Shown: positions 29,761 through 43,282 of the stretch, piece after piece
How the letters are laid out: every line of letters starts with the position of its first letter
Numbering within the stretch: the stretch's first letter is position 1
DNA from: Alphaproteobacteria bacterium
Lineage (GTDB): Bacteria > Pseudomonadota > Alphaproteobacteria > UBA7879
Assembly (NCBI GenBank): GCA_965178295.1
Contig: CBCXTT010000003.1
Coordinates: 24,114 to 88,113 of the forward strand
Direction: 5' to 3'
DNA: 64,000 bases
Notes under the pieces: generated by a model
Databases searched by the model: none
Told to the model about the DNA's origin: nothing
Seen by the model: the letters and a program-made list of their open reading frames with translations, nothing else
Program-made: the position numbers and the translations under genes

Positions 29761-32294
29761 AAAATTCTTCTAGTGGAAGCATGCCATGCTCTATTCCAGA
29801 AATTTTTTGGATTAGTCTTTAAGATGCTCATGCGTGCGTTCTTGACCCATTCTTCTGAGAGTGTTGGTCGAGGAAAATATCACTAGATGGATCCTGTGAT
29901 CATAACCCAAAATATGCCCGAAGAAACATGCATGCTCTCACGTTTTTATGCAAGAAACCCAAAAAACTTTATATATGATTAGGCGTCAAGCAGGCTAGAC
30001 GATATTCATTGAGCAGTTTGCTGATCACATGACGCGCTCGCTTTTTGATATTTTTCTTGTTCAACATGTTAGGGCGGTGCGATGTTACTCAAGTGTCTTG
30101 TTGAAAGGATAGTATGTCGCAAAGGTTTTGATAGTGACAACAATCACATACTAATTGTGCCCGATTTTTTCCACGTTGAAAAAAGATGCGCCCCCTTTTT
30201 AATTGGTGTGCAGTACAAGCGTGGTGCACACCAATATCGCCGTTCTGGTGGGGCAGGTGCGAGAAAACGGTTGATTTGAGTGCATGCTGCTCTTAAATCG
30301 CATAAGAAATATGGAAGTCATGCATGTCTTGCTAAAGTAAGGGGGGTCGGAATATCTTATACGTAAAAGAGCAGGCTATTGTTGCGCTCATTTAAGATCG
30401 ATGTGCCACATAGACTGCCCGGTACAGAGAAAGGGGTTTAAGACATAGTTGATTCTGGATGTATAGATGGTGACGGTAGGTCAGAATCGATGCCATTTCA
30501 AGTGCTGATATTAATGTTGTGCATAACAAGAATTTTATCCTATATATGAATATGTCTGTATATATGCATACGGAGATATATGGCAGCTCATGCGCATTCA
30601 TACTGTTATTGACAGGTGTTTACAAGATAAGCACATTATATCCTTACAATGCGGGCACGTCGTCTTCTGGGTACGTTAAGGCAATGAAGCAATGAAACAA
30701 GGATGAGTGGCGCGATATTAATGCCATGCATTCCATGCTTGATGATGTTTAGAAGTGCATGCAAGGTATGTAGATAGGGCCATTATTATGTGGTCTGAGT
30801 ATGCTGAGAGGGGCCGCTCCCAACGTGAAAAAAGAGCGTTATACAGTTGAAATGGATCCGTGTTTTTTGCAAAAAACGCTCTGTTGGATAGGACATGTGC
30901 CGCTGGTGTCGCCCTCTTTTGACTTCAAGACGCTCCCTGCTAAGGTGGTAATGTTGTTGGTGGGATTTTGTATGAGCGTGCGTCTTTAGCAGCATTCATG
31001 CAATTTAGATGTGGATGCGAGACTGGAACTCCCTATTCCTGCCTAATAGTAAGGACAAGTGCATGATGGTATTCTAGGGAAGAATCAGAGAGCATATCGT
31101 TGACAATGTTCTGTGTTGTATTTTCGGCTTTTTTTGAGATGTTTCATTGCTTCAGACCTTTGGTGATATTTGGTGCGGGAAGTGGGAAGAAGAATGGAGC
31201 GCAAGCATCTTTATTGCAGAAGTGAATAGAATTATGTCTGTTCGAATCCATTAAACATTTTAGTCAAATATAGTATGAAATTTGGGTGCGTATTACAGCA
31301 GTCCACTGAGGGTGGAATATGCAGTTTCTTGTCTATCAGCGTTTTGCATCATTTTTTGGAAAACATGATGCAGCTTTTAGAAAAATTTCTATGATTGTCT
31401 CATACCTTCTTTATGTGTTGCAATGAAAACGTTTTTGATAGCCAGTGGTGTATGGGTTGAATACAACACGTATTACTGCTGCACATTGCCTTCGATAGGC
31501 GGATTCTTGGTAAGGTGATTCAATGTGGCGATCACACTGCAGAACGTAATAGAATTGTTGCTGAGTATTAGCGATGTATGTGGAACTTGATAGAGATGGC
31601 CTACTGGGTGCTGGACAAAATAGGAAACCAAAAAAAGAACAGCGTACTGTTGATGGCGGTGAGATGTATTATGCTGCCGATGTAAAACTACCCTTGTCTT
31701 TTACGTATAAGCGAGTGTGCGGGCTGTCATATGCATGAATACGATGTAATTTATTTATGCATAATGTTGAGCCATTCGTGCTATATGTGAACAAGGTGCT
31801 CTCCCCCTTCTAGACTCTACAAGTTTGAAATGAGCAACAGACTACGCGCGATGTTTGTGCAAGATTATTCAACATGAGCAGACGTATACCGATTGTTAGA
31901 GCCTCAATATCGAAGAAGAACGGTATTAGCTTCAATGATTTCTGTGTATCGCATAGATTGTCTTCCAGTGTTGAGACCAACGTGTGTATCAATCTCTAAA
32001 GCGTAATCTATTCAAACAATGATCAGTATCGGTGCTATGTATCGTTCTATTGCCAACGATATAGGCTCGTAGATTAATCATTGAGAACATGCGAGCACTT
32101 TATGGACCAAATTCATAGAAGAGGTCGCCCTGTCATCGCTGTCCTACAATACCAGAAAGAAACCTTATATACATATAGCGGTGAAGGGTTTTCTGTTTTT
32201 CCTAGAAAAGTGTTTTTGATACGATATATGAGGTGCGCGTAGCATTTTTTTTGATGCGTGCATTTTTGGTGCATAAAAAACATAAAAACAGTTC

Positions 32295-32323
32295 TTGACG
32301 AACAGTCGATGACAGCATAATAT
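32295..32323 (+). promoter_or_regulatory. Putative sigma70 promoter of the str/ribosomal operon (TTGACG-17 nt-TAATAT)
   Basis: TTGACG at 32295-32300, a 17-nt spacer, TAATAT at 32318-32323. ~80 nt upstream of the rpsL ATG (RBS AAGGA at 32388-32392). Confidence 0.5.
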
Positions 32324-32400
32324 GCAGCTCACAACTAATGTTATTGAGAGCTCCTGTCCCGTGTGGGATAAGAACTTATTTGGGTAAAAAGGACCGGATT

Positions 32401-33257
<857 letters not shown>

Positions 33258-33265
33258 GTATAACA

Positions 33266-35341
33266 ATGTCAAAACAAACATCATTATCTTTCTACCGTAA
33301 TATCGGTATTATGGCCCATATTGATGCGGGGAAAACAACAACAACTGAGCGTGTTTTATATTACACAGGCCGTTCCCATAAAATTGGTGAGGTGCATGAC
33401 GGTGCGGCTACAATGGACTGGATGGCGCAAGAGCAAGAGCGCGGTATTACAATAACATCTGCAGCAACGACATGTTTTTGGAATGGTCATCGGATTAATA
33501 TTATTGACACACCTGGACACGTTGATTTTACAATTGAAGTTGAGCGTGCATTACGGGTTTTGGATGGTGCCGTTGCTGTTTTTGATAGCGTTGCTGGTGT
33601 CGAGCCTCAGTCAGAAACTGTATGGCGCCAAGCAGATAAATATCGTGTCCCGCGCATTTGTTTTGTGAACAAGATGGACCGTACAGGTGCTGATTTCTAT
33701 CGTTGTGTGGAGATGATGGTTGATCGTTTAGGCGCATCGCCTTTGGTCGTTCATCTTCCTATTGGTTCTGAGGCCGACTTTGAAGGTGTGATAGATCTAG
33801 TATCTATGAAGGCAATGATTTGGAAAGAAGAATCCCTAGGTGCTAAATATGAAATTGTAGATATTCCGGAAGCTAATAAAGACCACGCAAATGAGTATAG
33901 AGAGAAATTAGTAGAGTGTGCTGTTGAGCAAGATGACCAGATTATGGAAGCCTACTTGAGTGGTGCAGAAGTTACAGAAGAGCAATTGAAGATGTGCCTG
34001 CGTCGGGGCGTGTTAAATTTATCTTTTGTTCCCGTTCTTTGCGGAACAGCTTTTAAAAACAAGGGTATTCAGCCCTTGCTGGATGCTGTGATTGACTTTT
34101 TGCCATCCCCATTGGATGTGGGTGTTGTTGAAGGAAGCGATATAACAGGTGAACAAGAAATGGTGCGTGAGCCGGATGCTAAAGAACCGCTTTCTGGACT
34201 AGCTTTTAAAATTATGACGGACCCCTTTGTCGGTACACTAACTTTTGTTCGCTTGTACTCAGGTACACTTGAAACAGGATCCACAATTTATAATTCTGTC
34301 AAAGAAAAAAAGGAACGCGTTGGGCGCATGTTGTTGATGCATGCAAATAGCCGAGAAGACATAAAAATAGCGCATGCTGGAGATATCGTGGCGATTTGTG
34401 GCCTTAAAGATACCACCACAGGTGACACACTTTGTGATTCGCTTAAACCAATTATCCTTGAGCGCATGGAATTTCCTGATCCTGTTATTGAAGTCGCTGT
34501 TGAGCCTAAGACAAAATCTGACCAAGAGAAAATGGGCGTTGCACTCAGCCGCTTAGCGGCAGAAGATCCTTCGTTCCGAGTGAGCATGGATGCAGAATCT
34601 GGACAAACTGTTATTAAAGGGATGGGCGAGCTGCATTTGGAAATATTGGTGGATCGAATGAAACGCGAATTCAAGGTTGAGGCGAATGTTGGGGCACCAC
34701 AGGTGGCCTATCGCGAGACAATAACAAAGTCCGCAAATATTGACTATATTCACAAGAAGCAAAGCGGAGGTGCAGGACAATTTGCGCGTGTTAAGTTGTT
34801 GCTTGAACCAATTAAACCGGGTGAATCATATGAATTTATCAACAAAATTGTTGGTGGTAACGTACCAAAAGAATATATTCCGGGCGTTGAAAAAGGGCTG
34901 CTTTCGGCAATGCAGAGCGGCCCCATTGCTGGATTCCCTGTGATTGACCTTCAGGTGACACTTTTTGATGGCGCCTATCACGATGTTGACTCTAGTGCGC
35001 TTGCCTTTGAAATTGCCGCACGTGCGGCCTTCCGCGAGGGTGTTCAAAAGGCTTCGCCAAAACTTCTTGAGCCAATGATGAAGGTTGAAGTTGTGACGCC
35101 TGAGGAATACATGGGTGATATTATTGGAGATCTGAATAGCCGACGTGGTCAGGTGAGTGGTATGGATCAGCGAGGCAATGCACGTGTAATTACAGCGCTG
35201 GTTCCATTGGCAAAAATGTTTGGTTATGTGAATACGCTGCGTTCTATGAGCCAGGGACGCGCCCAATTTACGATGCAATTTGCACATTACGAACAGGTGC
35301 CTCAAGCCGTTGCAGACGAAGTTCGGGAAAAAATTTCTTGA
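33266..35341 (+). CDS. fusA: Elongation factor G
   Basis: [20 protein letters not shown]..., DTPGHVDF. 691 aa. Confidence 0.95.
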   Translation: MSKQTSLSFYRNIGIMAHIDAGKTTTTERVLYYTGRSHKIGEVHDGAATMDWMAQEQERGITITSAATTCFWNGHRINIIDTPGHVDFTIEVERALRVLDGAVAVFDSVAGVEPQSETVWRQADKYRVPRICFVNKMDRTGADFYRCVEMMVDRLGASPLVVHLPIGSEADFEGVIDLVSMKAMIWKEESLGAKYEIVDIPEANKDHANEYREKLVECAVEQDDQIMEAYLSGAEVTEEQLKMCLRRGVLNLSFVPVLCGTAFKNKGIQPLLDAVIDFLPSPLDVGVVEGSDITGEQEMVREPDAKEPLSGLAFKIMTDPFVGTLTFVRLYSGTLETGSTIYNSVKEKKERVGRMLLMHANSREDIKIAHAGDIVAICGLKDTTTGDTLCDSLKPIILERMEFPDPVIEVAVEPKTKSDQEKMGVALSRLAAEDPSFRVSMDAESGQTVIKGMGELHLEILVDRMKREFKVEANVGAPQVAYRETITKSANIDYIHKKQSGGAGQFARVKLLLEPIKPGESYEFINKIVGGNVPKEYIPGVEKGLLSAMQSGPIAGFPVIDLQVTLFDGAYHDVDSSALAFEIAARAAFREGVQKASPKLLEPMMKVEVVTPEEYMGDIIGDLNSRRGQVSGMDQRGNARVITALVPLAKMFGYVNTLRSMSQGRAQFTMQFAHYEQVPQAVADEVREKIS

Positions 35342-35387
35342 AGTTAGATTGAATTTTCGTGCATAGGACATAAGGAGAAGAGGAAAG

Positions 35388-36581
35388 ATGGGAAAGGAAA
35401 AATTTGAGAGGAATAAGCCACACTGTAATATCGGGACGATTGGGCATGTAGATCATGGAAAAACATCCCTGACAGCAGCGATTACAAAGGTATTATCTGA
35501 AAAAGGTGGGGCAGAGTTTAAAGAATATGGAGATATTGATGGGGCTCCAGAAGAGCGCGCACGTGGAATTACGATTTCAACTGCACACGTAGAGTACGAA
35601 ACAGACAACCGTCACTATGCACACGTTGATTGCCCAGGACACGCGGACTATGTGAAAAACATGATTACAGGTGCTGCACAAATGGATGGTGCCATTTTGG
35701 TTGTGTCTGCTGCAGATGGTCCAATGCCACAAACACGTGAACATATTTTGTTGGCGCGTCAGGTTGGTGTTCCAGCAATCACAGTATTTTTGAATAAGGT
35801 GGACCAAGTTGATGATCCTGAGATTTTGGAATTGGTAGAAATGGAAGTGCGTGAGTTGCTGTCCAGCTATGACTTTCCAGGTGACGATATTCCCATCATT
35901 TATGGGTCTGCTTTGAACGCCCTTGAAGGCAACGATGCTGAAAAGAGTGGAGCACAAGCGATTACAGAGTTGATGGAAGCAGTGGATCGATATATTCCAC
36001 AGCCAGAGCGTGAAGTAGACAAGCCATTTTTGATGCCCATTGAGGACGTATTTTCAATTTCCGGTCGCGGTACAGTTGTAACAGGTCGTATTGAAAGCGG
36101 CGTGATTAATGTTGGTTCAGAAGTAGAGATTGTTGGAATAAAAGATACAGAAAAGACAACCGTAACCGGTGTTGAGATGTTTCGTAAATTGCTTGACCGC
36201 GGTGAAGCAGGCGACAACATTGGGGCGTTATTGCGTGGAACAAAGCGTGAAGATGTTGAACGTGGCCAAGTGTTAGCGGCGCCAGGGACCATTACGCCAC
36301 ATACAGAGTTTGAATGTGAGTGCTATATTTTAAAAAAAGAAGAAGGTGGACGACATACACCATTCTTCAGCAACTATCGTCCGCAATTTTACTTTCGGAC
36401 GACAGACGTAACAGGAACGATTGAACTGCCGGACGGTGTTGAGATGGTTATGCCAGGAGATAACATTGCGATGAAGGTAAGGTTGATTGCTCCCATTGCG
36501 ATGAATGACGGTTTGCGTTTTGCGATACGTGAAGGTGGTCGTACAGTTGGAGCTGGTGTGGTCGCGAAGATCATAAAATAG
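35388..36581 (+). CDS. tuf: Elongation factor Tu
   Basis: [14 protein letters not shown]..., [16 protein letters not shown]. 397 aa. Confidence 0.95.
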   Translation: MGKEKFERNKPHCNIGTIGHVDHGKTSLTAAITKVLSEKGGAEFKEYGDIDGAPEERARGITISTAHVEYETDNRHYAHVDCPGHADYVKNMITGAAQMDGAILVVSAADGPMPQTREHILLARQVGVPAITVFLNKVDQVDDPEILELVEMEVRELLSSYDFPGDDIPIIYGSALNALEGNDAEKSGAQAITELMEAVDRYIPQPEREVDKPFLMPIEDVFSISGRGTVVTGRIESGVINVGSEVEIVGIKDTEKTTVTGVEMFRKLLDRGEAGDNIGALLRGTKREDVERGQVLAAPGTITPHTEFECECYILKKEEGGRHTPFFSNYRPQFYFRTTDVTGTIELPDGVEMVMPGDNIAMKVRLIAPIAMNDGLRFAIREGGRTVGAGVVAKIIK

Positions 36582-36663
36582 CTTGCAAGTTCCCATCTCT
36601 GAGGGTATACAGACTGGGTAGGTTTGTTAAAAAGCGTTATATAAAAAGTAAAGAAGAAGTGTT

Positions 36664-36972
36664 ATGGATGGACAAGTAATACGCATACGGTTAAAAGCAT
36701 TTGATAATCGAATTTTAGATCAATCGACACATGAGATTGTCAATACAGCAAAGCGTACAGGTGGCATTATTCGTGGTCCTATTCCTTTGCCAACGCGTAT
36801 TAAACGGTTTACTGTTAACCGCTCACCTCACATAGATAAAAAATCTCGTGAGCAATTTGAAATGCGCACACATAAGCGTGTTATTGATATTGTAGAGTGG
36901 ACCCCTCAAACAGTTGATGCATTGATGAAGCTAGAACTTTCATCAGGTGTCGACGTTGAAATTAAGCTTTAA
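36664..36972 (+). CDS. rpsJ: 30S ribosomal protein S10
   Basis: [29 protein letters not shown]... Confidence 0.95.
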   Translation: MDGQVIRIRLKAFDNRILDQSTHEIVNTAKRTGGIIRGPIPLPTRIKRFTVNRSPHIDKKSREQFEMRTHKRVIDIVEWTPQTVDALMKLELSSGVDVEIKL

Positions 36973-36985
36973 GGAGTTTTGAAAA

Positions 36986-37627
36986 ATGAGAACAGGTCTT
37001 ATTGCAGAAAAAGTAGGTATGACCCGGCTCTTTACTGAGGATGGAAATCATATACCTATTACAGTCCTTAAAGTGGATGGCTGTCAGGTTATCGGGCATA
37101 AAACGCAAGGACAGAATGGGTACACAGCGCTTCAAGTTGGAGCCGGAAAAAAACGTTCAAGCTTGATTAAAAAGCCAATGCGCGGTGTATTTGCAAAAGC
37201 AAAAGTTGAGCCAAAACGTAAAATTGCAGAATTTCGCGTGGATGAAGACGCTTTACTTGATGTTGCGACAGAAATTAAAGCCGATCATTTTGAAATTGGT
37301 GCGTTTGTAGATGTTTCCGGCCTTTCTATTGGTAAAGGCTTTGCTGGCGCTATGAAGCGTTGGAACTTTTTGGGCTTGCGTGCGAGCCATGGTGTCTCAA
37401 TTTCTCATCGTTCACATGGTTCGACAGGTCAATGCCAAGATCCTGGAAAGGTCTTCAAAGGTAAGAAGATGGCAGGACAGATGGGAAATAAGTGTATCAC
37501 GATGCAGAACTTGAAAGTTGTGCGTCATGATTCTGCGCGAGGCCTCTTGATGATAAAGGGGGCTGTACCAGGAGCAAAAGGCACATTTTTGAAAGTTCAA
37601 GATGCTGTGAAAAAAATAAAGAGTTAA
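36986..37627 (+). CDS. rplC: 50S ribosomal protein L3
   Basis: [30 protein letters not shown]... Confidence 0.95.
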   Translation: MRTGLIAEKVGMTRLFTEDGNHIPITVLKVDGCQVIGHKTQGQNGYTALQVGAGKKRSSLIKKPMRGVFAKAKVEPKRKIAEFRVDEDALLDVATEIKADHFEIGAFVDVSGLSIGKGFAGAMKRWNFLGLRASHGVSISHRSHGSTGQCQDPGKVFKGKKMAGQMGNKCITMQNLKVVRHDSARGLLMIKGAVPGAKGTFLKVQDAVKKIKS

Positions 37628-37640
37628 GTGGTTTTAGAAA

Positions 37641-38264
37641 ATGAAGTTTTCTGTACAAAATTTAGAAACTAGCAAAAAGGTCAGCGATCTTGAGCTTTTA
37701 GAGAGTGTATTTAATGCGCCAGTTCGGCGTGACCTCTTGCACCGTGTGGTGAATTGGCAACTTGCGCGCCGTCGTGCGGGCACCCATTCTACAAAAACAG
37801 TGGCTGAAGTGAGTGGGACAGGCAAGAAACCCTTTCGTCAGAAAGGGACTGGAAATGCACGTCAGGGAAACAAAAGATCTCCTTTGCAACGTACAGGCGG
37901 TGTTTCTCATGGTCCAAAGCCACGTGATTATGGATTTAATATTTTGAAAAAAGTACGCAAATTTGCCTTGCGTTCTGCCCTCTCTTCCAAGTATAAGGGT
38001 GGTAACTTGTTTATTGTTGAATCTTTGGATCTAAAAACAGTAAAGACAAAAGATCTTATAAGAATCCTAGATAAAAATAACTGGAAGAAGGTTTTGTTTA
38101 TCGATGGAGAGCGTGTTCCGACCAATTTCGCGTACGCTTCCTCTAATATTATTGGGGTTGATCTGCTACCACAACAAGGAGCGAATGTGTATAGTATTTT
38201 GAGGTCTGAGAAACTTGTTTTGACTAAAGATGCTGCGCGCCATTTAGAAGAACGATTAAAGTGA
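37641..38264 (+). CDS. rplD: 50S ribosomal protein L4
   Basis: L4/L1e family. Position after rplC. Confidence 0.9.
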   Translation: MKFSVQNLETSKKVSDLELLESVFNAPVRRDLLHRVVNWQLARRRAGTHSTKTVAEVSGTGKKPFRQKGTGNARQGNKRSPLQRTGGVSHGPKPRDYGFNILKKVRKFALRSALSSKYKGGNLFIVESLDLKTVKTKDLIRILDKNNWKKVLFIDGERVPTNFAYASSNIIGVDLLPQQGANVYSILRSEKLVLTKDAARHLEERLK

Positions 38265-38270
38265 GATTGA

Positions 38271-38585
38271 GTGATGAGAAATCAAAAATTATTATCTGAC
38301 GAAAGACTGTATGATCTTCTCCTGCGCCCTGTTGTAACAGAAAAGTCAACAGAGCAAGGGACTTTCAATAAATATACCTTTGTGGTACCGCTTGATGCAG
38401 CGAAGCCTCAGGTTAAGCAAGCGGTGGAAAAGCTTTTTAATGTGACAGTGGAAGCAGTACACACGATTAAGTTACCTGGTAAAGTGAAACGTTTTCGTGG
38501 TCGCTTGGGCCAACGTTCTGACGTAAAAAAAGCGATTATTACTGTAAAAAAAGATCAAACAATTGATGTAAGCGTGAGTATATAG
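38271..38585 (+). CDS. rplW: 50S ribosomal protein L23
   Basis: [13 protein letters not shown]... Position. Confidence 0.9.
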   Translation: MMRNQKLLSDERLYDLLLRPVVTEKSTEQGTFNKYTFVVPLDAAKPQVKQAVEKLFNVTVEAVHTIKLPGKVKRFRGRLGQRSDVKKAIITVKKDQTIDVSVSI

Positions 38586-38589
38586 AACC

Positions 38590-39429
38590 ATGTCCTTAAA
38601 ATATTTCAAACCTGTTACATCTTCTACGCGCCAATTAGTTCTAGTGGATCGTGCTGATCTATGGAAAGGGCAACCCCTCAAGTCATTGACGAAAGGGCTG
38701 ACGAAGTCTGGTGGGCGCAATAACAAAGGGCGCATAACAACACGTCACCGGGGTGGTGGGCATAAGCGTTCTTATCGTCTTATCGATTTCAAACGTAAAA
38801 AATTTGATATACTTGCAACGGTTGAACGCTTAGAATTTGATCCAAACAGGACAGCGTTTATTGCCTTGGTGCGTTATGACGATGGTGAGAAATCCTATGT
38901 TTTAGCGCCACAGCGCCTGGTCGTTGGAGATAAAATCCTTTCTGCACGAAAGGCAGACGTTAAGCCTGGCAATGCGATGCTTCTTGAAAGCATTCCTGTT
39001 GGAACAATTGTGCACAACGTTGAAATGAAACCAGGGAAGGGTGGGCAAATTGCACGCTCTGCTGGGGCGTATGCACAATATGTTGGACGTGATTCCGGTC
39101 ATGCCTTACTTCGGTTAAACTCTGGTGAGTTGCGTATGATCCCTCTTGAATGTATTGCAACTGTTGGCGCTGTGTCAAATCCAGATCAGAAAAACATTAG
39201 CCTCTCTAAGGCTGGTCGTAACCGTTGGCTTGGACGCCGCCCTTCTGTGCGCGGTGTTGCTATGAATCCGGTTGATCATCCACACGGTGGCGGTGAGGGA
39301 AAAAGCTCTGGTGGCCGTCACCCTGTCACACCATGGGGTGTGCCGACTAAGGGCAAGAAAACACGGATGAAAAAAAAATCATCGGATAATTATATTGTGA
39401 CGCGTCGTAAAGCGCGTAAAAAAAGATAA
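38590..39429 (+). CDS. rplB: 50S ribosomal protein L2
   Basis: [22 protein letters not shown]..., [11 protein letters not shown]. Confidence 0.95.
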   Translation: MSLKYFKPVTSSTRQLVLVDRADLWKGQPLKSLTKGLTKSGGRNNKGRITTRHRGGGHKRSYRLIDFKRKKFDILATVERLEFDPNRTAFIALVRYDDGEKSYVLAPQRLVVGDKILSARKADVKPGNAMLLESIPVGTIVHNVEMKPGKGGQIARSAGAYAQYVGRDSGHALLRLNSGELRMIPLECIATVGAVSNPDQKNISLSKAGRNRWLGRRPSVRGVAMNPVDHPHGGGEGKSSGGRHPVTPWGVPTKGKKTRMKKKSSDNYIVTRRKARKKR

Positions 39430-39445
39430 AAAGGAGACACTGTAA

Positions 39446-39724
39446 GTGGCACGTTCGGTTTGGAAAGGACCTTTTATTGATCCTAATTTGTTTCGAAAAG
39501 CAGAGAAGGTGCGTGAATCTGGTCGTAATAATATAATTAAAACATGGTCTAGACGCTCGACTATTGTTCCGCAATTTGTGGGTCTGAATTTTGCTGTATA
39601 TAACGGTAAAAAATTTGTTCCTGTTTTTGTAACAGAAGATATGGTTGGGCATAAATTTGGCGAATTTTCAGTGACGAGGACATATTATGGTCACGGTGCT
39701 GATAAAAAAGCGAAAAGAGGTTAG
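39446..39724 (+). CDS. rpsS: 30S ribosomal protein S19
   Basis: [15 protein letters not shown]..., GHKFGEF. Confidence 0.95.
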   Translation: MARSVWKGPFIDPNLFRKAEKVRESGRNNIIKTWSRRSTIVPQFVGLNFAVYNGKKFVPVFVTEDMVGHKFGEFSVTRTYYGHGADKKAKRG

Positions 39725-39726
39725 TA

Positions 39727-40107
39727 ATGGGTAAAAATTCAACCCCACGCATGCTGAAAGAAAATGCGGCATTAGCCGTACATCCAATGTTGCGCGTATC
39801 TCCCCAAAAGCTCAACTTAGTTGCGGGGCTGATTCGTGGGAAAACGATAGAAAAGGCTTTGGCTAATTTAATGAATTGCAGCCGCCGCATTTCTGACGAA
39901 GTAAAAAAGGTTGTGGGAGCAGCTGTTTCCAATGCTGAAAATAATCATAATTTGGATATTGACAGATTGTATGTAGCTGAGGCGTCTGTCGGCAAGGCTG
40001 TGGTGATGAAGCGTTTTCGCCCTCGGGCACGTGGCCGATCTGGTAAGATTTTAAAACCATTTAGCCGTTTGAGGATTATAGTTCAAGAGCTCGAGGAGAC
40101 TAAATAA
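39727..40107 (+). CDS. rplV: 50S ribosomal protein L22
   Basis: L22 family, 126 aa. Position. Confidence 0.9.
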   Translation: MGKNSTPRMLKENAALAVHPMLRVSPQKLNLVAGLIRGKTIEKALANLMNCSRRISDEVKKVVGAAVSNAENNHNLDIDRLYVAEASVGKAVVMKRFRPRARGRSGKILKPFSRLRIIVQELEETK

Positions 40108-40784
40108 TGGGTCAAAAGGCCAACCCTATTGGATTACGTCTAGGTGTCAATCGTACATGGGATTCCCGTTGGTATGCGGAGAGAGACTATGCAAAGAATC
40201 TACAGCAAGATATTGAAATCCGTAGATATATTATGAAAAACTTGAAGCAAGCGATGGTTTCTCAGGTGATTATTGAACGTGCAGGAAAAAACCCACGCAT
40301 CAATATCCGTGCAGGACGCCCTGGCGTGGTGATTGGTAAAAAGGGTGTGGACATTGAGAATTTAAAGAAGAAACTTTCTCAAATTGCAGGAAAAGAAGTT
40401 TTTTTAAATATTTTAGAGGTTAGAAAGCCTGATATTGACGCTGTCTTGGTGGCTGAAAATATTGCAAGCCAGCTAGAGCGCCGTGTTTCTTTTCGCCGTG
40501 CGATGAAAAAAGCTGTCCAATCCGCATTGCGTGGCGGAGCTGAGGGCATTCGCATTAATTGCTCTGGTCGTCTTGGTGGAGCAGAGATTGCTCGCATGGA
40601 GTGGTATCGCGAGGGGCGTGTCCCATTGCACACATTGCGCGCAGATATTGAGTATGGTGTTGCAACATCATTTACAACATATGGAACAATTGGCATTAAA
40701 GTGTGGATCTACAAAGGCGAGATCATGGGACACGATGCTATGGCGCAAGATAAGAAAAAATCTGCGGATTTGGTGTCACGTTAA
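40107..40784 (+). CDS. rpsC: 30S ribosomal protein S3
   Basis: [24 protein letters not shown]... Confidence 0.95.
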   Translation: MGQKANPIGLRLGVNRTWDSRWYAERDYAKNLQQDIEIRRYIMKNLKQAMVSQVIIERAGKNPRINIRAGRPGVVIGKKGVDIENLKKKLSQIAGKEVFLNILEVRKPDIDAVLVAENIASQLERRVSFRRAMKKAVQSALRGGAEGIRINCSGRLGGAEIARMEWYREGRVPLHTLRADIEYGVATSFTTYGTIGIKVWIYKGEIMGHDAMAQDKKKSADLVSR

Positions 40785-40799
40785 AGATAGAGAAGTAGT

Positions 40800-41210
40800 A
40801 TGTTAGCTCCAAGGAAAACAAAATTTAGAAAAGCCTTCAAAGGAAGAATTCATGGGAATGCTAAAGGTGGAACAACGCTGAATTTTGGGAATTATGGTTT
40901 GAAGGCGACTACGCCTGGCCGTGTGACAGCACGTCAGATTGAGGCAGCACGTCGCGCCATTACGCGCCACTTACGCCGTTCTGGTCGTGTATGGATTCGT
41001 ATTTTTCCAGATCTTCCTGTATCCCAGAAGCCTGCTGAAGTGCGTCAGGGAAAAGGTAAGGGCGCGGTTGAATATTGGGCAGCACGGGTGCATCCTGGTC
41101 GCATCATGTTTGAAATTGAAGGCGCTGAACTAGAATTAGCCGAGCGCGCTTTTGAGCTTGCGGCTGCCAAGCTGTCTGTTCACACACGTTTCGTGATGCG
41201 TCAAGGGTAG
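40800..41210 (+). CDS. rplP: 50S ribosomal protein L16
   Basis: [19 protein letters not shown]... Confidence 0.95.
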   Translation: MLAPRKTKFRKAFKGRIHGNAKGGTTLNFGNYGLKATTPGRVTARQIEAARRAITRHLRRSGRVWIRIFPDLPVSQKPAEVRQGKGKGAVEYWAARVHPGRIMFEIEGAELELAERAFELAAAKLSVHTRFVMRQG

Positions 41211-41222
41211 AGAGGGTTAGAA

Positions 41223-41423
41223 ATGATCGCTGTTAAAGAATTAAAAAAGAAAAGTGCTCAAGATCTCCAAAAAATGGTTCTTGAGCACAAGAAAGAGCTT
41301 TTAAATTTGCGCTTTCAAAAATCAGGTGCACAATTAACAAATACAGCGCGTGTGCGTGAGGTGCGTCGTCAAGTGGCACGGGTTAAAACAATTTTGACAG
41401 AAATGTCGAACGAGAAGAAGTAG
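41223..41423 (+). CDS. rpmC: 50S ribosomal protein L29
   Basis: 66 aa. Position between rplP and rpsQ. Confidence 0.85.
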   Translation: MIAVKELKKKSAQDLQKMVLEHKKELLNLRFQKSGAQLTNTARVREVRRQVARVKTILTEMSNEKK

Positions 41424-41433
41424 AGGTTAAAAA

Positions 41434-41697
41434 ATGCCACGTCGAGTGCTGAAAGGAACAGTTGTAAGTGATAGATGCAACAAAACAATTACAGTAAAGG
41501 TTGAGCGCCGCATTATGCATCCAATCTATAAAAAATACATTGCTCGCTCTAAAAAATACGCAGCACATGATGAGCAGAATACTTTTAAGGTTGGGGATAC
41601 TGTGCGAATTTGTGAATCTAATCCAGTATCTAGGTGTAAGCGCTGGACAGTTTTACATGATTCTGCGGGTACCATGGATTTGGAGAGAGGATTGTAA
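41434..41697 (+). CDS. rpsQ: 30S ribosomal protein S17
   Basis: [21 protein letters not shown]... Confidence 0.9.
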   Translation: MPRRVLKGTVVSDRCNKTITVKVERRIMHPIYKKYIARSKKYAAHDEQNTFKVGDTVRICESNPVSRCKRWTVLHDSAGTMDLERGL

Positions 41698-41699
41698 CC

Positions 41700-42068
41700 A
41701 TGATACAAATGCAATCAAAAATGGAAGTTGCGGACAATTCAGGAGCCCGTCTTGTGCAGTGCATAAAAGTTTTGGGTGGATCACATCATAATGAAGCTAG
41801 TGTGGGCGATGTTGTGGTTGTTTCGGTTAAGGAGGCGATTCCACGCAGCAAAGCAAAGAAGGGATCTATCCACAAGGCAGTGATTGTGCGCACTGCAGCA
41901 CCTGTAAAACGTAGAGATGGGACTGTGATTCGCTTTGATAAGAATGCGGTAGTACTCTTATCTGGTCAAGGTGAGCCTATCGGTACACGTATATTTGGCC
42001 CCGTAACACGCGAACTGCGACAAAAGAATTTTATGAAAATTGTTTCTCTTGCTCCTGAGGTATTGTAA
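41700..42068 (+). CDS. rplN: 50S ribosomal protein L14
   Basis: [17 protein letters not shown]... Confidence 0.95.
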   Translation: MIQMQSKMEVADNSGARLVQCIKVLGGSHHNEASVGDVVVVSVKEAIPRSKAKKGSIHKAVIVRTAAPVKRRDGTVIRFDKNAVVLLSGQGEPIGTRIFGPVTRELRQKNFMKIVSLAPEVL

Positions 42069-42391
42069 TGGCTGAGCGTTGGCGTATTAAAAAAGGTGAC
42101 AAAGTTGTTGTTATCATTGGTAAAGACAAAGGGAAAACAGGTGAAGTTGTATCTGTTATGCGTGAAAAACGTCGTGTTGTTGTAAAGGGAATCAATATCG
42201 CAAAGCGCCATAGACGTCCCTCTGCTGAAAATGCGGGCGGGGTTGTGGAAAAAGAGCTTTCTATACATGCATCAAATGTTATGCATGTTGATCCTGAGAC
42301 GGGTAGCCCAACACGGATTGGTATAAAAATAACAGAGAAAGGTGGAAAAGTCCGTTTTGCTAAAGCCTCTGGTAAAGTGATTGATAAGTAG
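42068..42391 (+). CDS. rplX: 50S ribosomal protein L24
   Basis: [20 protein letters not shown]..., KOW motif. Confidence 0.9.
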   Translation: MAERWRIKKGDKVVVIIGKDKGKTGEVVSVMREKRRVVVKGINIAKRHRRPSAENAGGVVEKELSIHASNVMHVDPETGSPTRIGIKITEKGGKVRFAKASGKVIDK

Positions 42392-42399
42392 GTGGAATA

Positions 42400-42939
42400 A
42401 TGTCACGATTTTCTGATTTATATAAAAACATACTGCGAGAAAAGCTCAAAGAAGACTTAGCTCTTGAAAATGATATGCAGATTCCAAAAATTAAAAAAAT
42501 CGTTGTCAATATGGGTGTTGGTGAGGGTGCACGCGATTCTAAAAAAGTTGAAGAGGCAAGTCGAGAGCTTGAAAAAATTACAGGACAGAAGTCGGTCACT
42601 ACGCTCGCTCGTCAGTCTATTGCAGGATTTAAGTTGCGCGATGGAATGAAGGTGGGTGCAAAAGTGACTTTGCGCAAAGAAGTGATGTATGAATTTTTAG
42701 ATCGCTTGATTACTATTGCATTGCCACGTGTACGTGATTTTAGAGGAGTTGCCTCTAAATCGTTTGATGGAAATGGCAACTATGCACTAGGCATCAAAGA
42801 GCAGACAATTTTTCCGGAGATTGACTTTGGAGCCATTAGTGAAACTCGTGGAATGGACATTTCCATTGTGACAACAGCCACCACAAACAAGGCAGGTAAA
42901 GCATTGCTTAGAGCATTTGGAATGCCCTTTGCGCAATAA
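42400..42939 (+). CDS. rplE: 50S ribosomal protein L5
   Basis: L5 family, 179 aa. Position. Confidence 0.9.
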   Translation: MSRFSDLYKNILREKLKEDLALENDMQIPKIKKIVVNMGVGEGARDSKKVEEASRELEKITGQKSVTTLARQSIAGFKLRDGMKVGAKVTLRKEVMYEFLDRLITIALPRVRDFRGVASKSFDGNGNYALGIKEQTIFPEIDFGAISETRGMDISIVTTATTNKAGKALLRAFGMPFAQ

Positions 42940-42960
42940 AGATTTGGAGATAAAAACGAT

Positions 42961-43266
42961 ATGTCAAAGAAAAGCTCAATTCAGAAAAATATAAGACGAA
43001 CACGCATGTCTCAGCGTGATGCGGAAAAGCGTCAGGTTTTGCGTGATGTTATAAAATGCAAGGCGGTATCGCCTGAAGAGCGCTTTCAAGCTGTTTTGAA
43101 ACTGTCTAAGTTGCCAAGAAACGGAGCAAAAAATCGTGTGCGCAATAGATGTGTGCTTACAGGCCGTCCTCGTGGTTTTTATCGTAAATTGAATTTGTCC
43201 AGAATTGCTCTACGCACAATGGCGTCAGAGGGTCTAATTCCGGGTATGGTCAAGGCCAGTTGGTAG
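42961..43266 (+). CDS. rpsN: 30S ribosomal protein S14
   Basis: 101 aa, C-terminal ...ALRTMASEGLIPGMVKASW. Confidence 0.9.
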   Translation: MSKKSSIQKNIRRTRMSQRDAEKRQVLRDVIKCKAVSPEERFQAVLKLSKLPRNGAKNRVRNRCVLTGRPRGFYRKLNLSRIALRTMASEGLIPGMVKASW

Positions 43267-43282
43267 AAAGGGTGGAAATAAA

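Noticed and set aside
26512-32337. Possible rRNA operon hidden in the 5.8-kb stretch with no long ORF next to the ribosomal protein genes
   Set aside because: No 16S or 23S conserved signatures were seen (e.g. AGAGTTTGATC, GTGCCAGCAGCCGCGGTAA). The region instead translates piecewise to SdhA and SdhB fragments.
35900-36292. 130-aa ORF on the minus strand inside tuf (and similar antisense ORFs inside fusA, parC, mfd, secY and the DASS transporter, e.g. 34826-35371, 58835-59482, 59425-59889, 15899-16330)
   Set aside because: They lie fully within strongly supported conserved genes on the opposite strand. They are low-complexity, Arg/Ser/Cys-rich translations typical of spurious antisense ORFs.
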